64,000 nucleotides of DNA from the NCBI GenBank assembly GCA_963817895.1, contig CAWFQB010000005.1:512001-576000 (forward strand), written 5' to 3'. The notes below the pieces were generated by a model that searched no databases, was not told the origin of the DNA, and saw nothing but the letters and a program-made list of their open reading frames with translations. Both the position numbers and the translations under genes were made by a program. This document shows, piece after piece, positions 10,884-21,179 of this stretch (positions within the stretch are counted from its first letter, which is position 1; the number at the start of each line of letters is the position of its first letter). The DNA is from an uncultured Chthonomonadaceae bacterium (GTDB lineage Bacteria > Armatimonadota > Chthonomonadetes > Chthonomonadales > Chthonomonadaceae).

Positions 10884-10944
10884 GAGGGGGAGAAGAGGAG
10901 ACAAGGAGATGGGGTTCCCACTCTCCTTGTCTCCTTTTCTCTCC

Positions 10945-11433
10945 TCATCGCGTCAGGTTGAGCATCGTGGCGGAGTGGGCGTGGCAAACGGCAATGGCAA
11001 GCGCGTCGGCGGCGTCGTCGGGTTTGGGGGTTTTGTCCAGCGACAGCAGTTGCGTAATCATGTACTGCACCTGCTTTTTGTCCGCCGCGCCATAGCCGAC
11101 AACCGCCATTTTCACCTCCATCGGACGATACTCCACCCAGGGCAGGCCGCGTTGCGCCGCCGCCAGCAGCAGGACGCCAATCGTGCCGCCTACGGATAAC
11201 GCGGTATTGACATTGTTGCTGAAAAACAGTTTTTCCGTCACCAGCACATCCGGCTCGTGAACATCGAGCAGGCGATTGAACTGCGTGGAAATGGCAAGGT
11301 ACCGATCCGGCATCGCCATCTCTTTGCTCGTCAAAATCGCGCCATGCGCGATGTACGTGATTTTACTGCCCTGCTTTTCCACCAATCCAAAGCCGGTTGT
11401 GGCCGTGCCGGGATCCATGCCGAGAATAATCAT
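10945..11433 (-). CDS. ruvC: Holliday junction resolvase RuvC
   Basis: ILGMDPGTATTGFG, EKLFFSNN, VKMAVVGYGAADKKQVQYMI, DDAADALAIA. Confidence 0.97.
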   Translation of the reverse strand: MIILGMDPGTATTGFGLVEKQGSKITYIAHGAILTSKEMAMPDRYLAISTQFNRLLDVHEPDVLVTEKLFFSNNVNTALSVGGTIGVLLLAAAQRGLPWVEYRPMEVKMAVVGYGAADKKQVQYMITQLLSLDKTPKPDDAADALAIAVCHAHSATMLNLTR

Positions 11434-11598
11434 AAGAATTTTCACCACCCGCTGCGCTAGAGACACAGAGACACAGAGGGTTCACAGAGAAAAGATAGAA
11501 AAAGGAAGAGAAAAAGAACTTCCTAATAATACCTCCCTTGCCTCACTCCTAATCCTGTCCATCCTGAAAAATCCTGTTAATCCTGTCTATTCTTCCCC

Positions 11599-13251
11599 TT
11601 AATGCGCTTCGGCGGCGGCAGCGGGGGCGCCTTTGGGCTTGCGCAACAGGAGGACGGCGGGGGCGGCGCAGACGAATACCGTCAAAATGAGCAGCCACGA
11701 GTCGTTGTAGGCCAGCATGGAGGCCTGCCGCATCAGCGTTCGGTCAATGGTCGCGTAGGCGACATGCTGCGCGGCATCCGCAGACAGTCCGCGCCCCGTA
11801 AAGGTGTTCGTCAGTCCCTGTAGCCGTGACTGAAACGCCGGGTTGCCGGGATAGATGTTGCCGATAAGATCAACCCGGTGGAACTGCGTGTGGTTGGTCA
11901 GGTACGTGCCTAGAATGGCGATACCGAACGAACCGCCCAATTGCCGCGCCAGATTGATAAGCCCGGAGGCCTGCTGCGCGATTTTGGGATCAATGTTGCC
12001 ATACGCCACGTTGTTGATGGGCGCGAACAAAAATCCCAATCCAAAGCCGCGCAACAGCAGGGCAAACCGCACGTCGCTTTCTCCCGCCGCCGTTGTCAGA
12101 TGCGCCATAATCCACATGGATACCACGAAAATCGCCACGCCGAGGAAAATCAGCATACGCGGGTCTATTTTGGATTTGGGGTTACTCAACAGCCGCCCGC
12201 AGATTAACGCGCTTGCCGCCGTTCCCAACCCTCCCGGCAGCAGTTCCAGCCCGGTTGTCGTGGGCGTGAAGCCGAGCAGGTTTTGGGCGAACAGGGGAAA
12301 CAGATACGTGCCTCCGTACAGGCCGAAGCCGAGCGAGATAAACAGGAACAGCGACACGGACAGGTCCCGGTTTTTCAATACGCGGAAATCCACGACGGGC
12401 GTTTTGTTACGCGGCGACAACTCCCACCAGAGCATCGTCACGAGAGTAACCGCCGAAATGAGGGACAGGCGCAAAATCAGCGGATCGTTGAACCAGTCGT
12501 CCTGCTGCCCCTCCTCCAGCACGTATTGCAGACACGACAGACCTACTCCCAGCAATATGATGCCGAAAAAGTCTACACCCCCGGTGCGGCGCACATAAGC
12601 AGGCGGGTCGTGCAGGAACGTGTACACCAGAAACGCGGATACCAGTCCGATGGGTATGTTGATGAAAAAACACCAGTTCCACGTATAATTGTCGGTTATC
12701 CAGCCGCCAAGCGTGGGGCCGAGCGTGGGCGCGACAATCACGCCCATCAGGAAGATGGCCTGTACCATGCCCTGCTGTTCGCGTGGGAAAATCTGTCGCA
12801 GCGTGGCCTGCGCAGTGGAAAGGAGGGCGGCTCCGCCCGCGCCCTGCACCACGCGCCACAGCACGATTTCACCCAGAGTGTGCGACGCCCCGCACAAAAA
12901 CGAGGCGATGATGAACACAAAAATGGAGAACGTCAGGTAATTGCGCCGCCCGAACGTTGCGGTCAGGAAGGCCGTCAGGGGCAGAACCACGACGTTGGAC
13001 AAGATGTAGCCCGTAGAAATCCACGCCACTTCCTGAAACGTCGCGCCCAGGTTCCCCGCCATCTGCGGCAGCGCGACGTTGATAATGGTGGTATCCAGCA
13101 CCTCCATTATCGCCGCCGTAATCAGTCCGAGCAGAATCAGCCACCGATATTCGCTGATGTCGGAGTGTTCCCCCCCGCCCGCGTGTGCCGCCGCTGCCGG
13201 TGGTTTGGCGGGAGGAACGCCCTGTTTGGTTGTCGCAATTTGTGTCGCCAT
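11599..13251 (-). CDS. emrB: DHA2-family MFS efflux permease (EmrB/QacA)
   Basis: MEVLDTTIINVALPQM, APTLGPTLGGWITDNYTWNWCFFINIPIG, ASGLINLARQLGGSFG. Confidence 0.93.
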   Translation of the reverse strand: MATQIATTKQGVPPAKPPAAAAHAGGGEHSDISEYRWLILLGLITAAIMEVLDTTIINVALPQMAGNLGATFQEVAWISTGYILSNVVVLPLTAFLTATFGRRNYLTFSIFVFIIASFLCGASHTLGEIVLWRVVQGAGGAALLSTAQATLRQIFPREQQGMVQAIFLMGVIVAPTLGPTLGGWITDNYTWNWCFFINIPIGLVSAFLVYTFLHDPPAYVRRTGGVDFFGIILLGVGLSCLQYVLEEGQQDDWFNDPLILRLSLISAVTLVTMLWWELSPRNKTPVVDFRVLKNRDLSVSLFLFISLGFGLYGGTYLFPLFAQNLLGFTPTTTGLELLPGGLGTAASALICGRLLSNPKSKIDPRMLIFLGVAIFVVSMWIMAHLTTAAGESDVRFALLLRGFGLGFLFAPINNVAYGNIDPKIAQQASGLINLARQLGGSFGIAILGTYLTNHTQFHRVDLIGNIYPGNPAFQSRLQGLTNTFTGRGLSADAAQHVAYATIDRTLMRQASMLAYNDSWLLILTVFVCAAPAVLLLRKPKGAPAAAAEAH

Positions 13252-13379
13252 AATTTTAGGTTGTTAGTTTTCAGGTTGTTAGTTGTTGGTGGTCAGACCA
13301 ATCTCTTCACGCTTCTCGACTTCTCAATTTGTTCTCGCATCGGCTTTTCCTCTGTGTCTCTAGCGTAGCGGGTGGTGAA

Positions 13380-15458
13380 TTATCTGACTCCGCGAATGGC
13401 AGGCGAAGGCGGGGCAGGATAACCCGGCTGATTGGCGGTGAAGGAGAAGCGGCCTGCCGCCCGGTCTATCTGCGCGCGGGCGTTGTTGTAGTCGTACAGG
13501 GCGTTGATCTGGTTGGATTGCGCCTGCGCCAACGTGCTTTGCGCGTTGCTGAGTTCCAACTGCGGCGAGATGCCGGTTTGCTGCGACACGCCCGCGTTGT
13601 AGCGGACGCGGGCCAGCCGGTACGCTTCCCGCGCCTGCGACAGGCCGACATTGGAAACGGCCACGCGGTTCCGCGCCTGCACGAGCGCGATGTAGGCCTG
13701 CTGAACATCTACCTGCACCTGGTCTACGGACGAACGGCGGCTGACTTCCGCGCTTGCCGCCACGCCCCGCGCTTCCCGCAATCGGCCCCGCGCCAATCCG
13801 CCGTCGAAAATGGGAACCGTCACGCCCAACGTCACCGAACCCTGATTCTGACGCGCAAAGGCGGCAGGGTCGGGCTGGTACGAGTCGTTCAGAGACAGAT
13901 TCACCGAAGGCAACTGGCTGCGGCGGGCGTACTGAATACCGCGCTGCGCGGCGGCGATTTCGGCGTCCCCTTCCAGAATCTCCGGGCGCGTTCGCAACGC
14001 CTCTTGCAGCAGCGCGTTGAACTCCGGCCCAAAATCAAACGTGTCCTCGACATCACCGGTATTGGGCGCGGTCAGGGGAACAATGGCGTTGCCGTTCAAG
14101 GGTCCGGCAGGCTGCGGCTGCGGCGTTTCGATGGGATTGGGCGGCGCTACAGGCGCGATTGGATTGGGCGCGGTCGGGTTCGAGGGCGTACCGAGTGGCT
14201 GTCCGTTCGGCCCGATGGGCGGCACGGTCGGCGGCGCGATACCGGGCGGATAATCTACCGCATTCTGATCCGTAATGCGCAGGCGAGTCGGCAGGGCAAG
14301 CCCGATGGTGTTTTTGAGCGCGGCCAGATTCACGCTGAGTTGGGCGCGGGCATTGATTAGGTCCTGCTGCGCGTTCGCTACATCCCGCTGCGCGGAGATT
14401 ACATCGAACCGGGGGGCCGTTCCCGCCGCGTAGTTCTTGTTGGCGTCGCTCAAGCGGCTCAGGGCGTTGTTGACGTTGTCCGTCGCCACGCCGATTTGCG
14501 CCTGCGCCCGCAGGACGTTGTAAAACGAATTCTTGACGTTGTATACCACGTCGTTGCGAACGCGGTTGATGTCTATACGCGCCGCGACCTCCTGAAACTG
14601 CGTCTGGCTGATAGCCGCCCGCAGCGTTCCTGCCACATCGAGGGGCAGGGCGAGCGTTGCCGACAGGACGGGAAAGAACTGCGGCGTGATGGTCACGGGC
14701 GGCGGCGCAGTCGCTCCGGGTTGCCCACTGCTGAAAAGCGCGCCGAAGTTGGCAACCGTAGGCGCGTCGTAGCCGGTCAGGTTGGCGTTCGCGCTCACGA
14801 CAGGGTTGAGGGCGCTACGCGCCTGCTGTGTCCGTCCCCGCGCCTGTTCCAAAGCGGCTACGGCTCGCGCAAACTCCCGATTGGTGTACAGCGCGATGGC
14901 AACCGCGTCCTGTAACGTGATGGGCCGCTCCTGAACATAGCCGTTAATCGCGCTCAAATTGGGCGAAGTCCGCAGCGGCATATCGCCATTGGGCAAAAGT
15001 TGCGCGGGTGACGGAACCGTACCCTGCGGCGCAGTGGGCGGCGGGCCTTGCGGCAACGGTATCACGCCCGTCGGCACGGGAAGCGGCTTGACCGGGAGGG
15101 TATCGTTCTGCTGCGCAGGCGCGGGTGTGGCGGTCGTCTGCGCCATGCCGTTCTGCAATGACAGGATCGAGAAAGCAATGATGAGGATGCACCTCACCCC
15201 AACCCCTCTCCTTGCCGCGCAACGCGCCAGGAGAGGGGCTTTATTGTTGAACCCTATCTTTGCGCTTGCAAGTAAGGGTATTAAAATCGGATCAAGCATA
15301 CTTCTGTGTGTTAGGGAGGAGAATTGTGTACGCATACTTCTCTTTGCCGCACTATATAGCGAACAATCAGGCAAGTCTCCCAATTTCTGCCTCCTCTCTC
15401 CTGGCGCGTTGCGCGGCAAGGAGAGGGGTTGGGGGTGAGGTAAAGTAGGCATAGTCAT
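13380..15458 (-). CDS. TolC-family outer membrane efflux protein
   Basis: ITLQDAVAIAL, YNVLRAQ, RYNAGV...LELSNAQ repeats; start overlaps the HlyD stop; N-terminus interrupted by a palindromic element. Confidence 0.9.
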   Translation of the reverse strand: MTMPTLPHPQPLSLPRNAPGERRQKLGDLPDCSLYSAAKRSMRTQFSSLTHRSMLDPILIPLLASAKIGFNNKAPLLARCAARRGVGVRCILIIAFSILSLQNGMAQTTATPAPAQQNDTLPVKPLPVPTGVIPLPQGPPPTAPQGTVPSPAQLLPNGDMPLRTSPNLSAINGYVQERPITLQDAVAIALYTNREFARAVAALEQARGRTQQARSALNPVVSANANLTGYDAPTVANFGALFSSGQPGATAPPPVTITPQFFPVLSATLALPLDVAGTLRAAISQTQFQEVAARIDINRVRNDVVYNVKNSFYNVLRAQAQIGVATDNVNNALSRLSDANKNYAAGTAPRFDVISAQRDVANAQQDLINARAQLSVNLAALKNTIGLALPTRLRITDQNAVDYPPGIAPPTVPPIGPNGQPLGTPSNPTAPNPIAPVAPPNPIETPQPQPAGPLNGNAIVPLTAPNTGDVEDTFDFGPEFNALLQEALRTRPEILEGDAEIAAAQRGIQYARRSQLPSVNLSLNDSYQPDPAAFARQNQGSVTLGVTVPIFDGGLARGRLREARGVAASAEVSRRSSVDQVQVDVQQAYIALVQARNRVAVSNVGLSQAREAYRLARVRYNAGVSQQTGISPQLELSNAQSTLAQAQSNQINALYDYNNARAQIDRAAGRFSFTANQPGYPAPPSPAIRGVR

Positions 15459-18187
15459 CAGCGTCCCCCTCCCGCTCCCGCGCCTGCTCCACCACCGGTG
15501 GCTCCACCGGCGCCGGTACCCACTCCCGCCCCGACTCCGCTTCCACCGATACCACCGGCCCCTGTCCCGCCGGCGGCTCCCGTACCCTGACTGGTTCCGG
15601 TTCCCGTGCCGTTGACGCCGTTCGGCCCGGTTCCGGCTCCGGGCGTATTATTGCCGTTGCCCATACCGCCGTTTGGCCCGTTTCCGTTTTGCCCGCCGAA
15701 GCCGCCGTTATTGTTGCCGTTGTTGCCCATGCTTGCATTGTTGCCGGAACCGTTATTCCCGTTGGAATTGCCGTTGTTACCGCTGTTGCCGTTATTGCTG
15801 CCGTTTCCGTTGGGGCCGGAACCGTTGTTCAGACCGCTGCCGGGGCCATTGCCCATACCGGTATTCGGGCCGTTGTTCTGGCCGTTGTTCTGGCCGTTGG
15901 AGTTGAACGAACCCGCGCCCGGATTGGCAAGGTTGTTGGGGTTGTTGGAATTTCCTCCGCCGTTTCCCTGACCACTCCCGCCGCCGTTCTGCATCCCGCC
16001 CGTATTCATGCCGTTGTTCATGCCGCCGTTCATTTGCCCGGAGTTCGCGCCGCCGTTGCCGCCCGAACTGTTTCCGCCGCCGTTGAAACTGCCGTTACCG
16101 CCGGAATTGTCCATTCCGCCGCCGTTGCCGCTGTTGCCGCCGTTGAAGGAACCGACGCTGCCGCCGGACGCTCCCATGCCGTTCTGACCGCCGCCGTTGC
16201 CATTCCCGGAACCACTGCCGGAACCGTCGGCCTGACGATTGCTGTCGTTCTTCGCTCCCTCACCACCCGTCGTGATAACCGCAGTGACCGACATGCCCTG
16301 CCGCAAACCGCGAATCTCTTTTTCGGTGGCAAATTTGTTATCGTCGCCGCTGCTTGCCGCCACCAGTTCAATTCGCACGGGGATGCGCTGCACCACTTTG
16401 GTAAAGTTGCCGGTCGCGTTGTCGGGCGGAAGCAGGGAGGTGGCCGCGCCCGTCGCCTCGTTGACGCTGCGAACCCGCCCCTTGAAAACTCTGCCGGGGA
16501 AGGCGTCCACTTCGATTTCGGCGTCCTGTCCGGGCCGCACGTCCGTCAATTGCGTCTCCTTGAAGTTGGCCTGCACCCACACGTATTCGCCCTGAGTCAT
16601 GGTGAAAATGGACTGTCCGGGGGCTAAGGACGCGCCGACATTGGTTGTTTTGCGGACAACTACGCCGTCGTTGGGCGCGAAGATAGCCGCGTCTCCCAGC
16701 GTGATCTGCGCGTTGGCAAGCTGCGCCTGCGCCTGCTGCGCCTGCGCCCGATAGGTTTCTATCTGCCGTCGCCGCGCTTCCACCTGCTCCTGCCCCGCCT
16801 GCGCCGCCTCTATGTCCGCCCGATTTTCGCCGGTCTGCGTGGTAGCTGCGGCAAGATTGGCGGCCTGAACCCCGACCTGCGCGAGATTGGCCCTTGCCAG
16901 TCCCAACCCGGCCTGCGCCACAGCCACCTGTTCGCGGGCAACTCGAACCTGCTGTCCGGCGGCATCGGCGGCTTTTTGCGCGGCCCGCTGCTGCGCCTGC
17001 GCCTGGCTCACGCTTTTACGCGCCTGCTCTACCTGCGACTGCGCCTGCCGGACACTGGCCCGCGCCTGTTCTACCTGCGACTGCGCTTCTTCCGTTTGCG
17101 ACTGGCTGGCCTGCAAATTGGCCGCCGCGTTACGGGCCTGCGCCCGCGCGTTGTCGTACACCTGCGCGGAAACGGCGTCCTGCGCGTACAGAACGCGATA
17201 CCGCGCCTCGTCCTTACCCGTTCGCTCGGCCTCGGTTTGCGCAGCCTGAACCCGCGCCTGGGCCGCCTGCACCGCTTTTTGCGCGGTCTGCACCTGCTGC
17301 TCATAGTTCTGCAAAGCGGCCTGCGAAGTTTGAATGGCCTGCTGGAAGTTTTCCACATTGGCCTGCGCCGCGCTTGCCTGCGCCTGCGCCTGCGCCGCGT
17401 TTGCCTGCGCCGCCTGGGTTTGCGCCTGCGCCGTGCCAACCTGACTTTGCGCCTGCAGCACCTGATTGCGCGTTGTGCCGGTTGTCAGGCCGACCTGCGC
17501 CTGCGCGCCGGATGTTTTCGCCTGCTGCGAACTCAACCCGGCCTGCGCGCGGCTGATGGCGGCTTTGGTCGCCAGTTGTTGATAGCGCAGATTGCGCTCG
17601 GCTTGCGGTATCTGGCTCAGGGCGGCGGTGTAATTGGCCTGCGCCTGTCGCAAACTCGCCTGCGGTCCGGCAGGGTCCAAACGGGCCACTAGCTGCCCTC
17701 GATGCACCACATTGCCCTCATCCACCAGTAACTGCTGTAGTGTGCCGCTGACGATGGGGCTGACGCTGACCAGATTGCCCGTCACATAGGCGTCGTCCGT
17801 AGACACATGCGAGTGCGAGTAGTTCCAGTAGCGGATGCCCCACGGAACGCCGAAAATCAGCGCGAGAATGCCAAGCCCCATAAGCAGCGGCTTGACCCAC
17901 GCGGGACGCTTTTTTTCTTCTTTGCCGTTTCCATTAGCAGGGTTCGGATCGCCTGCGGGCGGCTTGTTGGCCTCCTGCGCGGGAGGCGCGTTCTCATCGG
18001 CGTTTGCGTTGGCGGAGGAAACGTTCTTTTCGGGAGTATCATCGGTTGACGGCATAATGCGTGTCCTTACAAAATCCGGCTTATAAAAAGCCGGTTTTAC
18101 GGCCTTCGGCCAGTCGTCCTGTGGACGAGATGCTCTCACTGTGATGGCCTGCTCCAAAATGAGAGTTACTGTATTTTTTGAACTCAC
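15458..18187 (-). CDS. HlyD/EmrA-family membrane fusion protein with long coiled coil and Gly/Asn-rich tail
   Basis: STDDAYVTG, WVQANFKETQL, TGAATSLLPPDNATGNFTKVVQRIPVRI; alternative start at 18055. Confidence 0.92.
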   Translation of the reverse strand: MSSKNTVTLILEQAITVRASRPQDDWPKAVKPAFYKPDFVRTRIMPSTDDTPEKNVSSANANADENAPPAQEANKPPAGDPNPANGNGKEEKKRPAWVKPLLMGLGILALIFGVPWGIRYWNYSHSHVSTDDAYVTGNLVSVSPIVSGTLQQLLVDEGNVVHRGQLVARLDPAGPQASLRQAQANYTAALSQIPQAERNLRYQQLATKAAISRAQAGLSSQQAKTSGAQAQVGLTTGTTRNQVLQAQSQVGTAQAQTQAAQANAAQAQAQASAAQANVENFQQAIQTSQAALQNYEQQVQTAQKAVQAAQARVQAAQTEAERTGKDEARYRVLYAQDAVSAQVYDNARAQARNAAANLQASQSQTEEAQSQVEQARASVRQAQSQVEQARKSVSQAQAQQRAAQKAADAAGQQVRVAREQVAVAQAGLGLARANLAQVGVQAANLAAATTQTGENRADIEAAQAGQEQVEARRRQIETYRAQAQQAQAQLANAQITLGDAAIFAPNDGVVVRKTTNVGASLAPGQSIFTMTQGEYVWVQANFKETQLTDVRPGQDAEIEVDAFPGRVFKGRVRSVNEATGAATSLLPPDNATGNFTKVVQRIPVRIELVAASSGDDNKFATEKEIRGLRQGMSVTAVITTGGEGAKNDSNRQADGSGSGSGNGNGGGQNGMGASGGSVGSFNGGNSGNGGGMDNSGGNGSFNGGGNSSGGNGGANSGQMNGGMNNGMNTGGMQNGGGSGQGNGGGNSNNPNNLANPGAGSFNSNGQNNGQNNGPNTGMGNGPGSGLNNGSGPNGNGSNNGNSGNNGNSNGNNGSGNNASMGNNGNNNGGFGGQNGNGPNGGMGNGNNTPGAGTGPNGVNGTGTGTSQGTGAAGGTGAGGIGGSGVGAGVGTGAGGATGGGAGAGAGGGR

Positions 18188-18198
18188 AAACTCAGGCG

Positions 18199-18804
18199 TC
18201 AGAGGCGCGTATTCAAGCCCGTGAGTACGAGATCAATAACTTGCTGCGCGCGGATGGCGATTTCCTCGCGGGAACCGAGTTCGCGCGGCGATAAATTGGT
18301 GGGACTAAGCCCGCTCACGCAGGTAATCAGTGTTTGCGCCGCGCTGTCCGCGTTGTCGCAGGCGAAAACCCCCTGATCGCAGCCCTCCTGAATGACAACG
18401 GCAAGCAGTTGGGCCAGTTCCGCGTTCCATTCGTCGCGGCGGGAAAGCACGACCGCGCGCAGGGACGCCAGTGTTTCGTCCAGACTTTGCCGATAGCGAC
18501 ACGCCGAATCAAACCCGCTCAATACAATTCCCGCAACCATCTGCCGCAGTCGCGCTTCCGGGGGCGCGTCCGCGGCAAGAATAGCGCGGCACTGCTCCAG
18601 AATCACCTTGCGCTTGCGATCTACAACGGAAAGGGCAACATCTTCCTTGCTGTTGAAATAGCCGTAAATGGTGGCTTTGCCGATTTGCGCCTCCTGCGCA
18701 ATGTCGTCCATTGTCATTTTACGGTAGCCGTGCCACTCCATCAGGCGCATGGCGGCATCCAGAATAGCTTCGCGCACATCTGAGGGCGCGGCAACGCGGG
18801 GCAT
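18199..18804 (-). CDS. TetR/AcrR-family regulator
   Basis: ILDAAMRL...GY..MTMDDIAQEAQIGKATIYGYFNSKED HTH. Confidence 0.95.
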   Translation of the reverse strand: MPRVAAPSDVREAILDAAMRLMEWHGYRKMTMDDIAQEAQIGKATIYGYFNSKEDVALSVVDRKRKVILEQCRAILAADAPPEARLRQMVAGIVLSGFDSACRYRQSLDETLASLRAVVLSRRDEWNAELAQLLAVVIQEGCDQGVFACDNADSAAQTLITCVSGLSPTNLSPRELGSREEIAIRAQQVIDLVLTGLNTRL

Positions 18805-18832
18805 ACTTCCTCCTCTGACTATCGGCCTATTC

Positions 18833-18855
18833 CGACCAAAACAGTTTTTTGTTCG
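18833..18855. promoter_or_regulatory. Candidate TetR operator
   Basis: CGACCAAAA-N5-TTTTGTTCG (8/9 palindrome) about 30 nt upstream of the tetR start. Confidence 0.5.
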
Positions 18856-18921
18856 TAATGATACTTACGAACCACTCGCGGGCAAAGTTCTGTATAATGA
18901 GATAATAGTTTTGAAATCCGA

Positions 18922-18969
18922 TAAAAAGCCCGCCGCTTGATGATTTATCAAGCGGCGGGTTTTGGTTTT
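18922..18969. terminator. Intrinsic terminator after glnK
   Basis: AAAAAGCCCGCCGCTTGAT-GATTT-ATCAAGCGGCGGGTTTT. Confidence 0.85.
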
Positions 18970-18988
18970 GTGAGATTGAGGGAACGCC

Positions 18989-19331
<343 letters not shown>

Positions 19332-19382
19332 GTTACGGCCTCTTTTCTTCCGTTCAGGCTTGCAGCCCTTGCGCAGCCAGAT

Positions 19383-21036
19383 TTATAACGAGTCTACGCG
19401 GGGACTGGTTTGCGACGCGCTGACGGCGGCCAACCCGCCGTCATGGGGAACAGCCCCGTGCGCGGTTGCCGCATCCACAAGCGCGAATTCAGGGTAGGCG
19501 GGAATGCCATGCTCATGCACGTCCAGACCTTCCAGTTCGCCCTCGCGGGAGACGCGCAGTAGCCCGGTAGACTTTACCGCAAGCATCAGGACCATCGCAA
19601 CCACAAAGGTACAGATGGTAATGATCGCGCTGCCGATGAACTGCGCTTTCAGCACCGTCAGGCCGCCGTGATAGAACAGCCCTGTCAGCACCGCGCCGGA
19701 GGAGTTGTCCGGGCCGGTCGCGCCGGACGCGCCGAACTGCCCGCTGGCGAACAGGCCGAGCGAAAGCGTTCCCCAGATGCCGCAGAAGCCATGTACGGGA
19801 ACCGCGCCGATGGGATCATCAATGCGCAGCTATTCCAGCAGGTTCACGCCCATAACCACGATCACGCCCGCAACCGCGCCCAGAATGACGGCTCCCGTCG
19901 GCGTCACCCAGTAGCAGGGGCAGGTGATGGCGACCAGGCCGGCAAGGAAGCCGTTGACGGTGAAGCCCAGGTCCCACTTTTTCGTCTGCGGGTAGGCATA
20001 GAACATCGCCGCCAGGCCCGCCCGCGCAGGCCGCAAGCGTGGTGTTCGTCGCGACGCGCCCGATGCCCTGAAAGTCCATCGCCGAAAGCGTGCTGCCCGG
20101 ATTGAAGCCGTACCAGCCGAACCAGAGGATCAGGCCGCCGACAGCGGCGATCACCAGGTCATGCGGCAGCATGGGGCCGCCGCCGTCGCGCTTGAAGCGC
20201 CGCCCCAGACGCGGGCCAAGCACAATGGAACCCGCAAGGGCGATAAAGCCGCCGATGGTATGCACGACAGTGGAACCGGCGAAGTCGTGGAAACTGGTCC
20301 CAGACCCAGGGCAGCATGTGCCCGTCGCTGCCCATCGTGTTCAGCAAGCCATCCGGCCCCCACGCCCAGTGGCCGATGATCGGATAGATGAAACCGGATA
20401 CGCCCACGCTGTAGAGCAGGTCGCCGATCAAGCCCGTTCGCCCGATCATGGCGCCCGACGTGATGGTGGAGCAGGTATCGGCAAACGCGAACTGGAACAG
20501 CCAGAAGGCCAGGAACGCCACGCCGGTTGTCTCGTAGGTGGCGGGCGCATTCGCAGGAAGAACCAGTTCGCGCCCTTATCCGCGCCCCAGCCGATCCAGC
20601 CGTTGCCGTGTCCGAACATGAACGCGAAGCCGAACGCCCAGAACAGCATGCCGCACAAACAGGTATCCACGATACACTCCATCAGCACGTTGACGGTTTC
20701 GCGCGAACGGCAGAAGCCGGCTTCCAGCATCGTAAACCCGACCTGCATTCCGAAGACGAGGAACGCGGCCAGCAGCACCCAGACGGTGTTGAGCGGATTG
20801 ACGATGTCGTTGCCCTTGAGAACCGGATCATCGGCATGGGCCGCGCCGCCCCGGAAGGCGGTGAACAGCGCGAAACAGGTAATCAGAATGGCGATGGCCG
20901 TGACTTTGCCCAGCATCACCAGATACGCATACCGCCGCCATTCCGGCTGGCGCATGCGCTCCGCCAGTCGGACAAACTTGCGTCCGCGCGAAATTTTTTC
21001 CGCGCCCTCGACAGGATTTTGGATTGATTTTCTCAT
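19383..21036 (-). CDS. amtB: Ammonium transporter (several frameshifts)
   Basis: Fragments LVFGMQVGFTMLEAGF, FQFAFADTCSTITSGA, WFGWYGFNPGS, NGFLAGLVAIT, LRVSREGELEGLDVHEHG. Confidence 0.93.
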
Positions 21037-21179
21037 AAAACTCACGATTGCGTTTCTCCCTTCAAAAGTGCCGAAGCGAAGAGCAGGTAGATAGTAGATA
21101 GGAGATACGAGATACGAGTAAATACCCTGCAAAAGGTCAGCATCCTTCTCGTATCTCCTATCTCGTATCTTGTATCTCC

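Noticed and set aside
11855..17692. Long plus-strand ORFs over the efflux operon
   Set aside because: Antisense shadows typical of high-GC coding DNA, with no motifs.
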